From: Rhynchobatus australiae
Lineage: Eukaryota
DNA: 64,000 bases
Reading direction: 5' to 3'
Assembly: GCA_034780895.1 (NCBI GenBank)
Contig: JAUZTB010000001.1
Coordinates: forward strand, 127,478,307 to 127,542,306
A program made the position numbers and the translations under genes. The notes under the pieces were generated by a model. It did no database searches. It saw nothing but the letters and a program-made list of their open reading frames with translations, and was not told where the DNA came from. Position 1 is the stretch's first letter, and each line of letters starts with the position of its first letter. Below are positions 13,461 through 25,904 of the stretch, piece after piece.

Positions 13461-14774
13461 ATTTGGAAGGAAATAATTTATCTGCTGTGGTTAAAAGACA
13501 TGACCTTGGGAGCTGTGGAGAATTGTACCAGGAAAAGATACCATTCAAATTTGTAAGGGCCGGTCCTGCCAATGACGTCAAGGGTGAAAAATTGGAGTTA
13601 GAGGTCATTAGGATTTCTTGCCTCGCTTCCTGAACTAAAAAGTACTTTGTTCCAGAAGGTGCAGGTGAACCTTATTTGGGGAGAAGGAGGTACAGGCCAA
13701 GAAGGGAAGGAAATGTATTTGCTGCTCTGTAATTAAATGAGGAGCTTCTTGGAGAAGGACTGGTTGACACCCCACCTCTCCCTTTCTTCTGATGGTGGGA
13801 ATGAACAGGGATTTCCCAGTGGTATGGAGCAGGCAAGTGTCAAAGGTGAACTTGTAATGGCAGTGTGACTCTCAAACCCAATGAAAGACCAAAGCCCCAT
13901 CAATAACGCTGCAACTTGTGATGCAGTCAATGGAGGATATCAATACAACTGGCATCATAATCCATTGGGCAAAATATAAAAATACTTAAAGGACAGCAGA
14001 TGAACAAAGGCAATAATGCAATCTCATCTTTGGATGATAAACAAATAGAAAGGATTTTCCTCTTGCAGTTTATGCCCTCTGTTTGAAAAGTATTTTGAAC
14101 TGGATAACTATCTCTTTATAGAGCAGGTCATCCACTGCATTACAACAACTGCAGTTCCAATGTATCTTTTTACTTACATACAAGGTACAACTGAATGCCT
14201 GACTTTGCTGAAAACATCCTGGATGCAGTAGACTTCCTAGTTTCCAAGAGGACATGAATGACCATTCATGAGCATTACCCAAACATTATCTTCCGTTTAT
14301 TCCGAATAACGCAAGGTTGCTTACTACCAGTTCTATATGTTGTGACCATACTTTATTTCATATTTTGGTTATGGACATCCTTCAAACAATGTTTTAGAAA
14401 TACAGAGAACTTGTTGAAAGTAAGGAATATGCAAGTGAGGTACAGAGTATCTCTGGAATCGGCAACCTGTCAGTATAACAAGTAAATCTGTGCATTATTA
14501 TAAGTTACATCAAGTAGCTATTTTATATATAAAGCATGAGATTTCTTTTTCCCACCTTGACAAGACAAAAATATATACAAAACATAAAATGTACTGTTGC
14601 ACTTTCAACGTGAGATTTTCTTATCTAGATAAGGCTAAACAGGAAAATTGAGTACAAGTGACCTTGCTCCCTTTAACACACTATGGTTCAGGAAGGTATT
14701 TTTTCACCCATTCTTTAAAAAAAGATTTTTTTTCTTAAATTTACTTCTGCAGTAGAAAAAATATTTTGAAAGGA

Positions 14775-17700
14775 TTTATTTTTATTACAACATTGGCTCT
14801 GAAGCAGCTACGTAAAAAAATAAAAAGCTAGCAGTGCATTTGATCAGTTAGAAAATAAGGATTAATCAGTTGTTAATTGTGATCAATTGGTACTTGCATG
14901 TTGGATGTGAAAAAATGTACTGCACTGTATAAAGTAGCAATGTCCAATTCAATAAATCCTCAGTTTTTTTTAAAGGGGAATAAATCACCACCTCAGAGGT
15001 TGTCCTGTGTTGTTCCACAAAAATGCTTACTTTCACAGACAAATTGCTTGGTCACTGTATCTGATTAAATTACGACAAAGAAAAACAATATTTGCTCTTG
15101 TAAAAAAGCACAATCCTTTCAGTCCTTTGCTTCTGGTAGTACATTAAAGTGGTAAAAAGCAGTTGNNNNNNNNNNNNNNNNNNNNNNNNNNNNNNNNNNN
15201 NNNNNNNNNNNNNNNNNNNNNNNNNNNNNNNNNNNNNNNNNNNNNNNNNNNNNNNNNNNNNNNNNNNNNNNNNNNNNNNNNNNNNNNNNNNNNNATATTC
15301 AACTTCCATTGCTGGCGTTGGTGTTGCACAAGCTTGGTTTCTTTATTTTATAGCTTTTTTTCATCTTTCAATTACTGGGTCTGTCTGGCAAGGCCAGCAC
15401 ATTGCCCATCCCTAATGGCCCTTGACAATCTGGTGGTGAGCCACCTACTATAATTTAGAAGTTATTGTGCAACTGAGTTGACTTATCAGAATGGTTCACC
15501 TCACAGGGTAGGTCTGAATCAACCTCATTGCTGCAGGGTTTGGACTCATACATAGGTCAGGCCAGATAAGAAAGGCGTATTTCCTCCTTTGAGGGGCATT
15601 GGTGAATCAGATCTGCTAGTTTACAGTCTGGTAGTTTTACAGTCACCAACACTGGCTATTTTTATTTAAATTCCCAATTATTAACTGAATTCAAATTCCA
15701 TAGTCATGGTGGGATTTGAACTCATGTTTGTGGATTATTTATCCGGCCCTCCAGGTTACTAGTCCAGTTGCTTAACCACATTATCCTCAGCGTACCCAAG
15801 TATTCATACCTTCTCTGCAAACGAAAAAGGGAGCGCAAATGATTAAGTTTGAAGGACGTTAACACTTATGATTAAAATTCAAGGCACATACATGATACAC
15901 CAAGACGGTGCAAGATTATGAACTTTGGTTCCTTGCACAATGGAAAATTAGGAACAAAAAGAGAATAAAACCAAAATATTTTGACATTGCAGTCTACACA
16001 AACATGAACTGACATCTGTATTACAAAAGTAGTGATTGATTTGAATGCATATTTTTTAAAGCATTCTTGCTGTAGGCATTTTCTTAAAAAAAGAATCTGG
16101 ATTATCATTATCCTGTTCTTAGATTTAGTGCCAGTTTAACCATATTGCTTATTCCAAAAACTGGCTCGGCATCAGAGCTATCAGTTGCCAAGTGGAGGAT
16201 AGAAAGAATAAACATCTCAATGGGCTCAACATTTGTGTGGATTAATCGAACTGGATCGATTAAACCATAATCATCTGGAAATTAAGTGAACAACTAACCC
16301 TTCAGTTGTCAGTAACACCAGCACATCCAGGACAAGGTACTGTGGGAATATTTACCTATCATTATCATTCATTCATTGTACAGAATACTGTTAACGCAGT
16401 GGCCTTTGCTCTAAAATGGAGTCTCATCCTTCAATTAATGTGCCCCTTATGTAAACCTGAAGTGATACAATGGCACACTGGAGGGCTGGAGGCGATGTCG
16501 TGGAATGGTACACGGGCAAGATTGTGCTTATGCATGGCAAGTTCCTGATCTCAGTCATGCCATTGTATACGTTACACCCTCCCCTCTGGGTCTGCTCTTG
16601 CATGTGTTCACCTCACTCAGCTACCAACACAGTGGGGCTACCAGAACCAAGGGTTTTGGGATGGGGGTGTGTGGGTGGTGCTGGCAGGGATCAGTCCATC
16701 CTTCTCATGGCACGAAAGGCACAGGGGAGCAAACAGAGTCAAAAGAACACATACTTATGTTTAAAAGTAAAGTTTTAGTGGCAGACCAGCCAATCTGAAA
16801 GATCTGGGTTTAATTCATTAGATGCAACAGCTGCATGGTCCTACAAAATATATCAGGGGTGCACTAAAGAAGAAATGGTGTTTTTTTTTGTGAAAATGTA
16901 AGATAGCTGAATGTTCAGTCCATTGTCCCAACAAATAGCTGGATATCCGATTATAAAAGTAATTGACTTTCATGACTGTGGCTTATTCATCTGTGCAGCT
17001 ATTGGGAAATATAACAAACAGCTTCCAATTTAATCGAGGAACTGAAAATGTTTTGTATTACTCAATTAATGTTACCGCAGGTTTGATCTTCTTACGTGAT
17101 CAATTTCACAGACACGTACCTGACATCCTAATTCTTTACTGTTGCCATGGATAGGTAGCTTTGATTAAAATGCCGTTAGCTTTACTTTGTTTAATATTTT
17201 AAAAAAGTGTTCCTGAAACTGCCTAGTCACACAAAAAGTCTGCAAAGTTCTAACATCAGTGAGGGGGAGTGTTTATTCATTGAATTAATTACTTTGTTGT
17301 TGGAGAACAAAACCACCTTTATTTTGCTAATCGAAGACTGTGCTCTGAGCTGGTGTTGCAACAAAGGCATTCCAAGTGAATTTCATTCTTATTATTATGA
17401 AACTACCTTGTTCTTGTACTGACAAGTGTGATTAGTGTTGGGGAAAGCTAATTTTAGCAATTTTATTCATTGACAGAATGTGGATATTGCTGGTGAGACC
17501 TGCTTTTAATGCCACTCCTTAATTGCCCTTGGATTATGGAACAGTGGACAATTAAGAATCAACTGTGTTCCTGTTGATCTGGAACCACATACAGACCCAA
17601 AATGGGTAAGGGGATTAATTGAATAAAACAGATATTTATCAATAGTTTTAAGAAATACCAAGAGCCAATTGATATTACATAATATATTAGAAGCACTGAA

Positions 17701-18487
17701 CATCCAGTTAAAGCATTGAATTAAACTCCAAAAATAGCTTTTAGATGGCTGCTAGATTGGATTTTTGGTCATCGAGGGTATATAGATCACGTTAAACTTT
17801 TGAGTTAACAGGGCCATCGATTGGGCTACTAAAATGATGCATTGTCCCTGGGCTAAAGGTGTTGGGGGTACAATGATATCTGGAATTGCCACTTCAGATT
17901 TGTAGGCAGTGACCCCTGCTGGAAGTTAGGTGAATGTCAGGCTCAGCTCTTACAAGTCCACAGGTTGAGATTCATGAAGTGATTTGACTGGGAGCTGCAG
18001 GAGGAGGAAGGTGAAGGAGGCCGGGGGTTGAAGGTGACAGGGCAGAAATAAAACCTATACCTCAGCCAGAGATAAGTCCCTTTAGGAGAGGAAGATGAGA
18101 AAACACGGAAGGTGGGAGTGGGAAAGGTCCTGTTAACCACCAGTCTATGTTGGTTTTCCAGATGAAGTGTCCAGGGTGACTGCGCAGATGTTTTGACCCC
18201 ATTTCGGAAACTATGTCATTAAATGCCAACATATGGTTAAAAAAAATTACATTAATGAACATAGGCCTTGATTGTACAGCAACAACTATACAGCATACTT
18301 AATCTCTTTTTTTTTAAATCACTTGACTGCTTTACAAAATTGTTGCTACTTAATTTTTGTAATAGAAAAGATAGCAATTTTTTTACACTGTATAAATTAC
18401 ACAGTAGGCAGACACAATCTGTCTGGACAATATTTCACAAATATATTCTAGAAAGTCCTATAAGTGGAGGGTCTTCAGTCTGCAGGG
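14775..18487 (-). other. FLRT2: Probable FLRT2 3' UTR with tandem AATAAA signals at 14775-14786
   Basis: AU-rich, largely repeat-poor sequence follows the stop. The + strand has tttatttttatt at 14775-14786 (AATAAAAATAAA on minus). Proximal AATAAA candidates lie at 17272 and 17318. The true 3' end cannot be fixed without RNA data. Confidence 0.4.
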
Positions 18488-20479
18488 TCATGTGTGACAT
18501 TGTTCCAAATCTGGAGCCCCACTAGTACAGTATCTGCTGTTGCTTCTGGTGTGGCAGTCTGTATAACTAATCGCCCCATTTGGAGGATATATAGACTGCA
18601 GTCTAAAATCCTCCTTCAGCATTTGTTCATTATTTAATGAGACTATGTGAAAACTGGTCTCAGTCATTTCGAGAATGGTGTTGTCCTTTTTTGTCCCGGC
18701 CTCACAGTAATCGTCTTTCCTCCGACCACGGTTGTACTTCCACGAATGCGAGTCGTACTTCCCCTTTTTGTGCATGTGCCAGCAGAAGACGCTGAGCAGG
18801 GCGACCAGTATGACGAGTACTGCTCCACCTATCAGCCCTGCCAGCAATAATGGGGAGCTCAGTTCCTGCTGGGTAGCCTGCTCGGGGCTGGAGGGCATGT
18901 TCGTGTTAAAAGACGACGGCTTGGTGGTGGCTTCCGAACAAACTGTATCATCCTCGGGGTGAAAGTTGTTCGAGGCATCCAGCAGGACCATGCAGATCCT
19001 GTAGGTGGATTTGGGCTCCAGGTTCTGCAAGCTCAGCTGCTCAGTGTCCCCGCTGACTATCCTCTCATGCACAATGCCGCCAACTAAGCTGTGGCCCAGC
19101 TTCACCCATGTGATCCTGTACTTGGTCACCGTGAAGACGGCCAGCCAACTGATTTGAATGCACGTGTCGTTCACAAACCGAACGGCAAGTCGCAGTGGAC
19201 CCACTGGAAGAGAGTCTGTGAATTCGTCGTCACTGCCAGGCACAGGAGGGCTCAAGCCGGGCGTGAAGGGCAGGGCGGAGGCGTTCGTAGCAGGAGTCAA
19301 AATGGTAGAAAAGACAGTGGGCAAGGCAGATGGCAAGGGGACAGGGCGTATGTGTGTGACTTTGGGAGCAGTTGTTGCAATAGGACAGGATACCAGGTTC
19401 ATATTCAGATCTCTTATAGCCATGCCCCGGACCTTATCAGGTCCCTGACACATCAAACCACGCACATTGATAGAAAACGAGAGGGACTGCAGCCATTTGG
19501 TCACCCATTTTATGTTGCAGTCACAATACCATGGATTATTCCTCAAAAGAATTTGCTTCAAACTGGTCATACCATCGAATGCTCCTTTTGCCAGCATCCG
19601 GAGCTGGTTGTTGGAAAGATCCAGCCTCTCGAGCCGTTTCAGTTGCTTGAAGGCAGTGACTGGAATCTGACTGATTTGGTTATCCTGCAAATTCAGCTTC
19701 ACTAGCTTGCCACCTGGAAGGTTGGCCGGGGGCAGGGTCAGGGAGTTCCGCACCATCGAGAGCTCGGTTAGCTGCACCAGTTGCTCCAGGGCCCCCTCGG
19801 CAATGCCCTTGTTGGCCAGGAGGTTCCCATCCAACACCAGGCGTTGAAGGAGAGTCAGATTCCGAAAGGCCAGCTCCGACACAGTGGCGATCCTGTTCTC
19901 ATCCAACCGGAGCTCTTCTAGCCCCAGAGGTAGACCAACCGGCACGCTGCTCAAGTGGTTCCTGGACAAGAACAGGAGCTTGAGGTTGGTTGCTTCTCGG
20001 AAAGCGTTGTCCTCAATGCCAACAGTTGAGATGGAGTTATCATCCAGGTGGAGCTTTTCAAGTTTCTGCAATTGGCTGAGAGCTTCCCTGGAGACTGTCT
20101 GGATGTTATTTTCCTGCAAGTGGAGCTCCTTCACGTTTTTTGGTAGATTCACAGGGAACTCGTCCAGTTCGTTGCCGTACAAGTAGACGGTCTGAACAGA
20201 GAGCACATTTCGCAAGTCAAGTGGAAATCCAGCATTGTTGATGGCATTGTTTTGGAGGTAGAGAATAGTGGCCCCCTCTGGTATCCCAGAAGGCACTGAT
20301 GTCAAGCCACGGTCATTACAGTAAACAAATTTCTTATCACAACGACACTCTGAAGGACAAAAATCCGCCCAAGTTATTTGTGTGTACAGTCCCAAAAGAA
20401 ACATAATCCATAAATACAATAAAGTAATCCAGTCCTTTAAACAGACTCTGGTCCGTGACACTCCCATCACTCTAACCAT
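18488..20479 (-). CDS. FLRT2: Fibronectin leucine-rich transmembrane protein 2 (single coding exon; likely physiological start is the second Met at 20467)
   Basis: 663-aa ORF with signal peptide, LRRNT (CPSECRCDKKFVYCNDRGLTSVP), about 10 LRRs, LRRCT (NPWYCDCNIKWV...MCQGP), FN3 domain, TM helix (LLLAGLIGGAVLVILVALLSVFCW) and the FLRT tail RGRRKDDYCEAGTKKDNTILEMTETSF. The C-terminus PDLEQCHT and VQTVYLYGNELDEFP match FLRT2 rather than FLRT1/3 as I recall them. The second ATG has strong Kozak context (GTGATGG). Confidence 0.96.
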   Translation of the reverse strand: MVRVMGVSRTRVCLKDWITLLYLWIMFLLGLYTQITWADFCPSECRCDKKFVYCNDRGLTSVPSGIPEGATILYLQNNAINNAGFPLDLRNVLSVQTVYLYGNELDEFPVNLPKNVKELHLQENNIQTVSREALSQLQKLEKLHLDDNSISTVGIEDNAFREATNLKLLFLSRNHLSSVPVGLPLGLEELRLDENRIATVSELAFRNLTLLQRLVLDGNLLANKGIAEGALEQLVQLTELSMVRNSLTLPPANLPGGKLVKLNLQDNQISQIPVTAFKQLKRLERLDLSNNQLRMLAKGAFDGMTSLKQILLRNNPWYCDCNIKWVTKWLQSLSFSINVRGLMCQGPDKVRGMAIRDLNMNLVSCPIATTAPKVTHIRPVPLPSALPTVFSTILTPATNASALPFTPGLSPPVPGSDDEFTDSLPVGPLRLAVRFVNDTCIQISWLAVFTVTKYRITWVKLGHSLVGGIVHERIVSGDTEQLSLQNLEPKSTYRICMVLLDASNNFHPEDDTVCSEATTKPSSFNTNMPSSPEQATQQELSSPLLLAGLIGGAVLVILVALLSVFCWHMHKKGKYDSHSWKYNRGRRKDDYCEAGTKKDNTILEMTETSFHIVSLNNEQMLKEDFRLQSIYPPNGAISYTDCHTRSNSRYCTSGAPDLEQCHT

Positions 20480-20896
20480 TAAGGAATTCTAATTGCAAAA
20501 CAGCAGGCTGTTAAAAAATCCACAAAGCCAGAGGCAGCTCCAGTTATTGTAAAGCTGGTATTTGCTTCATCCAAACACTCAGGAGAAGAGACGATATATG
20601 TGCCTGGTGAGAATAATCCTTGTGTGCAGTTTCCTTTTTGCTTCAGTAGTGGAAGCAGCAATTTGTTAACCAGAGTCGGTCTCTGCAAATTCTTCCATCT
20701 AAACCAGGATACTCGGTGATAACTAAAGCACATCACATACTGCTTTCGCTGGTGATTGGCAATTTGAAATTGCACATATACATGCATGCACACAGCCTAG
20801 CAGCGTTCGGTGGGTTTATTAAATCTGGAGTCCCTTCGTCACACACTGCTGTTCCAAGTCAGGAAGCCGTGTCATTTCAGCTCACCGTGAACATCT
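20480..20896 (-). other. FLRT2: 5' UTR part of the FLRT2 coding exon with its splice acceptor
   Basis: Minus strand reads tgtgttttgttttaattgaatagggttctAG|ATGTTC: a U-rich tract with AG at 20896-20895 and an alternative AG at 20904-20903. FLRT genes carry several hundred nt of UTR on the coding exon. Confidence 0.6.
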
Positions 20897-21439
20897 AGAA
20901 CCCTATTCAATTAAAACAAAACACATACAAACACAAGAAATAAATGAACAGTTCATTTGGATTCACACACTCTCAGAGCTGCATTTTTCAAACCTAGAGC
21001 TGCCTCTGCTGGACAAATCTATGGGCTGTCAGTGTACCATTAACTACCTTCAGCTTACTCCATGCCAGTTAATAAAACAAGACTATTAAAAACCTAGTAC
21101 AGGAGAGGCAGAGCATGAGAGAGTGCAACAAGAAGCAACNNNNNNNNNNNNNNNNNNNNNNNNNNNNNNNNNNNNNNNNNNNNNNNNNNNNNNNNNNNNN
21201 NNNNNNNNNNNNNNNNNNNNNNNNNNNNNNNNNNNNNNNCCCTGGCACTGGCTAAGGTATTAACAGTGGTGACTCTGATCATTATCACCAGTGAATGAAT
21301 TTACTATCAGTAAAATAAAGAAAGAATCAAATCAATTTGCAATATAGAATTTGATCAGTTCTTTACAAAAACAAGAAACAACGGAACAGTAAACTGAATT
21401 ACAACCACCTTCACCTTGCTGTCAGGATCTGTGCCATCC

Positions 21440-24400
21440 ACTGCTTTTGTTCCTCACGATTTTTGACGGCTATTCCTGCTTTAGATAGAGCCGCACAGTC
21501 CCAGTAGTTGGTGTAGGCTGACTTGTTCTCCACTCGGTTGCTATCATCAGTGAACAGCGTCTGCCCTCAGCCCAGCGGAGGGGTTCTGCTTTACCAGCCT
21601 GACCATGCTTCAACTCTCCCCCTCTCTCTCCGGAGCCCCTCAAGTCCAGCCTCTGCTGTGGTGCCGCTTCTAGAGACGAGAGGATTTATACGTTAGGCAA
21701 CAACAAAAAAAAAGCTCCAGCTACTTATCACCCCGACGGTACCCCAGCCTGTAGTGCTGGCGCACACAGCGAAATGCCAGTAATAATGCGTCTGATCAGG
21801 CTGTTTATTGCAAATGTAAGTCTTCCCTTTCCCTTTTAAAACCCCTGGGAGATGTTTACAGTAATGAATTCAGCTGACAGCGATCTCCCTCTCTCACACA
21901 CAGACCCTCCCACCCCCGCACCCCCTCCTCATGTGAGGAAGCCTTCGCTCTAGCGGCAACGCTTTCCCTCGCTAAAGCGAACGCCCGACTCTTCAATTTG
22001 CTCAGAACCCCCTTTGACAAATTGTGGAATTGTTAGATAAATGATACACTCTGGTTGGTCTTTTATCAGCTCCCCCCTTCTTCTTCATTTTTTACTGACC
22101 TTGAGCCCGGACAGAAACATATGATCCCTTGCAGTGAAATAGCTGTTGGGACTATTTAAAATCTGCGTTTAGCCGTTCGTTTTTTTTAAAAACAACACTT
22201 GCGCAAAGCTTCATCGGCAGTCAGTGACTGTCTGACACTCCCTGAACTTGTAACAATCCGAACTATTAAACGGTAACACCAAAAGAAAGTTGCTAATGAA
22301 TCGGACAATTGATTCTTCTTTCATCAATCGCTGATCATTATTCAACAGAGAGAGGGAGAGAGAGGAAGGGAGAGAGGGAGGGAGAGAGGCTTTACACCGA
22401 CTCCACCGCACCCGAGTGAACAATCTGCCCAAACCTTTGCAGAGACAATTAATTGCGATCAAACCAAGCATTTAGCTGCATTTTTTTTTGCCAGGGACGT
22501 GTCTGGGCTACACTAACTGCAGGCGCCTGAAAGANNNNNNNNNNNNNNNNNNNNNNNNNNNNNNNNNNNNNNNNNNNNNNNNNNNNNNNNNNNNNNNNNN
22601 NNNNNNNNNNNNNNNNNNNNNNNNNNNNNNNNNNCACTAACTGCAGGCGCCTGAAAGATGGACGCGCAACAAGAGGAAAATACCGAACAGTTTCCTCCAA
22701 AAATTTCTGGCCATTCTGATGGCACGGGGGGAACTTAACTCCCGATCCCGTGCATTTTCCATAATCATCCTTCCCCAGGAGAGCAGCGAGTGCAGTTAAC
22801 CGAGACAGATTCCAATCGTTCTACCTTCCACGCCGGAACGGATTTCACTCAATGTTTTAAAATCCCTGCAAAGAGGCGAATCAGCCCGTCAAAACTGCGG
22901 TGAATTTGTATGCATCTCATTACAGAATTTGCGGCAAGTTTTAAGGAAGCCCTCCTGCGAATAATGTCCAAAATCTTGCATCACCCGAAGTTATAAACTC
23001 GCGAGTTGCTCCTGTCGGATGAAGATCTTAGTCGCTCTCCACAAATCCCCGCCGCGGAATAGCATTGAATCCTTCGAATCCTCGCCTCAAGTTAGTGCCG
23101 TATCTGGGGGAAACATTTTGCTCTCTCGTCCGTCCTCCAGTACAACAGCGCCCAAACCAGAAGGGCGGGATGTCTGCGTTAAACGGGAATTTGAAACAAA
23201 ATAAAGAGATTTCCAAGGCAGCAAGGTAGCGCTAGGGTTAACGTGTGCGCAGCGCTGACAAGTGATTCGGGTGGGGAGGTGGCGCCGCGGCAGCAGATGC
23301 AACGGTTTATAGCGAGGTGGCACTGGTGTACAACACGCCGCCGCTCACCGTGCACTCAACCGGCGCGAATGGGAGGCGTTACGAACCGCAGCTTCTCACC
23401 AACNNNNNNNNNNNNNNNNNNNNNNNNNNNNNNNNNNNNNNNNNNNNNNNNNNNNNNNNNNNNNNNNNNNNNNNNNNNNNNNNNNNNNNNNNNNNNNNNN
23501 NNNNNNNNNNNNNNNNNNNNNNNNNNNNNNNNNNNNNNNNNNNNNNNNNNNNNNNNNTCTAATTGAAGCTGTTGGTGAATTGTGTGTGTGCCAGTGCACT
23601 TGATTGTGAACATGGCTTCCCACTGCCCTCTTTAAATGTGCAGTGTTTCCTTTTCAATAAATAAACAACTTCTGCCGAGTGGGCAGGTCCAATGTTTGGG
23701 GCTTTACCTTTTGCTAACGGTGTTGGACGCTCAGCACCGTTGTTGTTGTTGAGGAGAAGCGCCCATGTTAGGAGCGGAACGCAGTGGAGAGGAGAGCCGT
23801 GCGGCGTTGGAGCACTCCCCCCCTCCTCCCTCCCCCCTCCCCCCCCCCTTGTGCTGGGGTTACTCAGCGAGAGCAGGCGATCCAAGTGTGTGAACATGTT
23901 CCCTTGGAAAGCCGCGGGAACTGAAAGGGTTAAAACTCGAGTTTTAATCCCCCCCCCCATTTTTCCCTGCCCTACTGGACGGCTCAAATCCCGAGCATCT
24001 CCCTGATGCCGGGGGGGGGGGGAGTGTTTGGTTGCTGGGTGGTCCTTGAAATAACCTGTCACCGATGTCACTGGCACCAAGGTCACAGCGTGGCTGGAGT
24101 TTCGACTGTGGGGCGCAGCCTCCCGCACATCACCTCTCGCTGCTCGAAGCCTCCCGTCTCAGAGCCGCGAAGGCACATCCTCCAGAGCCGAGGTTGCACA
24201 CGACGCCCGCGGCTCTCTGATGGGGGAGGACGCGTTTTTGATTTATAAAAGGTAAAGGCAACCAACAAAGTTTGGGGTTTAAAGGTGTGGCTTGCTTCTT
24301 CGCGGACCTTCAGAGGTCGGCTCGACTTCTGCACCAGGCGAGCTGTGGTTTCCCCGAAACTTCAGGCTTGGAGCCGGGGCTCAGCCGATGGGGAGAGCTT

Positions 24401-24620
24401 CTCCTGCTTACAGATGTGGCGCTTGCCTGCCGCAGGCAATGTGTGTACGAGGCAGAGGAAGGCGGAAGGGGCCCGGGAGATGCTGTAACAGGACGATGGC
24501 GTTGCTACTCATCAGGAAGATGCTTGGTGGGAGTGGGCAAAGCCGGGAGCAGAAGGCAGTGCAAATGAGTACTGACGATGACGTGGTTACAAGCCTCTCA
24601 AATTAAATGACCTCACCAGG
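21440..24620. promoter_or_regulatory. CpG-rich, repeat-free promoter/first-exon region upstream of FLRT2
   Basis: CpG density and GC content rise sharply relative to the flanks. The region contains a GA tract (22347-22390), C/G runs (23817-23848, 24011-24023), a TATAAAA at 24244-24250 and a minus-strand donor ACG|GTGAGC at 23349/23348. Confidence 0.7.
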
Positions 24621-24879
24621 ACAGCTAAGGTAAGCAACCTAATATGCGTCCCTATGTGTGCCCTACTCGCTGCTTTTGCAGCACCCATCTCAACTTCTTT
24701 CACACTGTTGTGATTGCCTACAAGTTTCAGCTCATGGTGCACCCCTTTGCAGCAGTCAATTCAACTTATATCCCTTCTTTCAGCCCCTTCCCCCCGTTTT
24801 TCACAGTTTTCTACCCTGAAAAATAGATGCTCAAAACCTCATTCCACCTTGCAACGTACGTCTTTCCACCTTGTAGGAC

Positions 24880-25352
24880 AACACTGATGGGAACATTAAG
24901 GGTAAAACAGCCCACTTGACTGGCACCCAATCAACCAACCTAAGCATTTATTTCCTCGACCACCAGCACACTATGGCTGCTGAGAATACCATCCTCAAAA
25001 TTCACTGCAATTCCTCCACTAGGCTGCTCCCATTATAGTCTCCAAATCTCTGTTCCAGCATCACTCACAAGGAAAAGGGCAGCTGATAGTTCGGAATGCC
25101 ACCACTTGCATGTTCCCCTCGAAGTCGCACGTCATTCTGACTTGAAAATGCCTCACTGTTCCTCCATTATTCACTGGGTCTAACTCTGGGGCATTTCTCC
25201 CTCCTCCCACCACCAACAGCACTGTGGGAGTAATGTCAGCAGAAGAACAGCAACATTTTAAGAAGACAGCTCGCTATCACCTTCTCAAGGCAGTGAGCAG
25301 TGCAGAATAACTGCTGGCCCAGCCACCAATGCCCAGATCACACTAATGAAAA
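24880..25352 (+). mobile_element. 3' end of an old non-LTR retrotransposon (CR1/L2 group, distinct from the HER1-like family)
   Basis: Remnant resembling KAARLIGTPST...HHRRTVAA plus the tail caccttctcaaggc...gctggcccagccaccaatgcccagatc. Related pieces lie at about 9770-9960 (-), 15360-15450 (-), 36200-36335 (+), 37505-37695 (+) and 46020-47080 (-). Confidence 0.65.
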
Positions 25353-25904
25353 CTTGTGGGTCAATGACATGCCAGGTGTATTGCACTTGGCAAGGTTGGG
25401 AGAGAACCGCTGTGGGGTTTAAATCCATTGTCTTTCCCATCTTCTACCTTAATTTGGATATGATAGGGTCTTTTAAGAGGCTGTTAGATAGGTACATAGA
25501 GCTAAGTAAAATAGAGATCTGTGGATAAGCATAGTAATTTCTAGGGTAGGGACATGTTTGGCACAGCTTTGTGGGCCAAAGGGCCTGAATTGTGCTGTAG
25601 GTTTTCTATGTTTCTATGCTATGTTAATTGCCATTCGTACGCTTGATGCACAACATGTTGCAGCTGCTTCCAGAAACCAACCACCTGCCTTTGCTCACCT
25701 CATCACCAAGTGTTAACACCTTTTTGCCTTCACTGCCCCATGCCCCAACCTAACCACCACCATTTCAGCTTCAGGGGCTCCAGTCAGCTCTCAGATAACA
25801 GAAGATGATGTTGAAAAGGGCAGCACTGTACAACAGGACCTAAAACTCGACCTTTCACTTAGACCCTGGCTCAGAAACTGGCATCCTGTGAATGAATGAG
25901 TCCC

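Noticed and set aside
18647-20186. Plus-strand ORFs up to 204 aa antisense to FLRT2
   Set aside because: Expected shadows of a GC-rich coding exon, with no recognisable protein features.
22511-22658. Direct repeat cactaactgcaggcgcctgaaaga on both sides of a 100-N gap
   Set aside because: Identical sequence flanking a fixed-size gap indicates unmerged overlapping contig ends, not a CRISPR-like or tandem repeat.
23559-24606. ORFs of 80-189 aa in the CpG-rich region
   Set aside because: Low-complexity G/P/R/A-rich translations typical of stop-poor GC-rich DNA.
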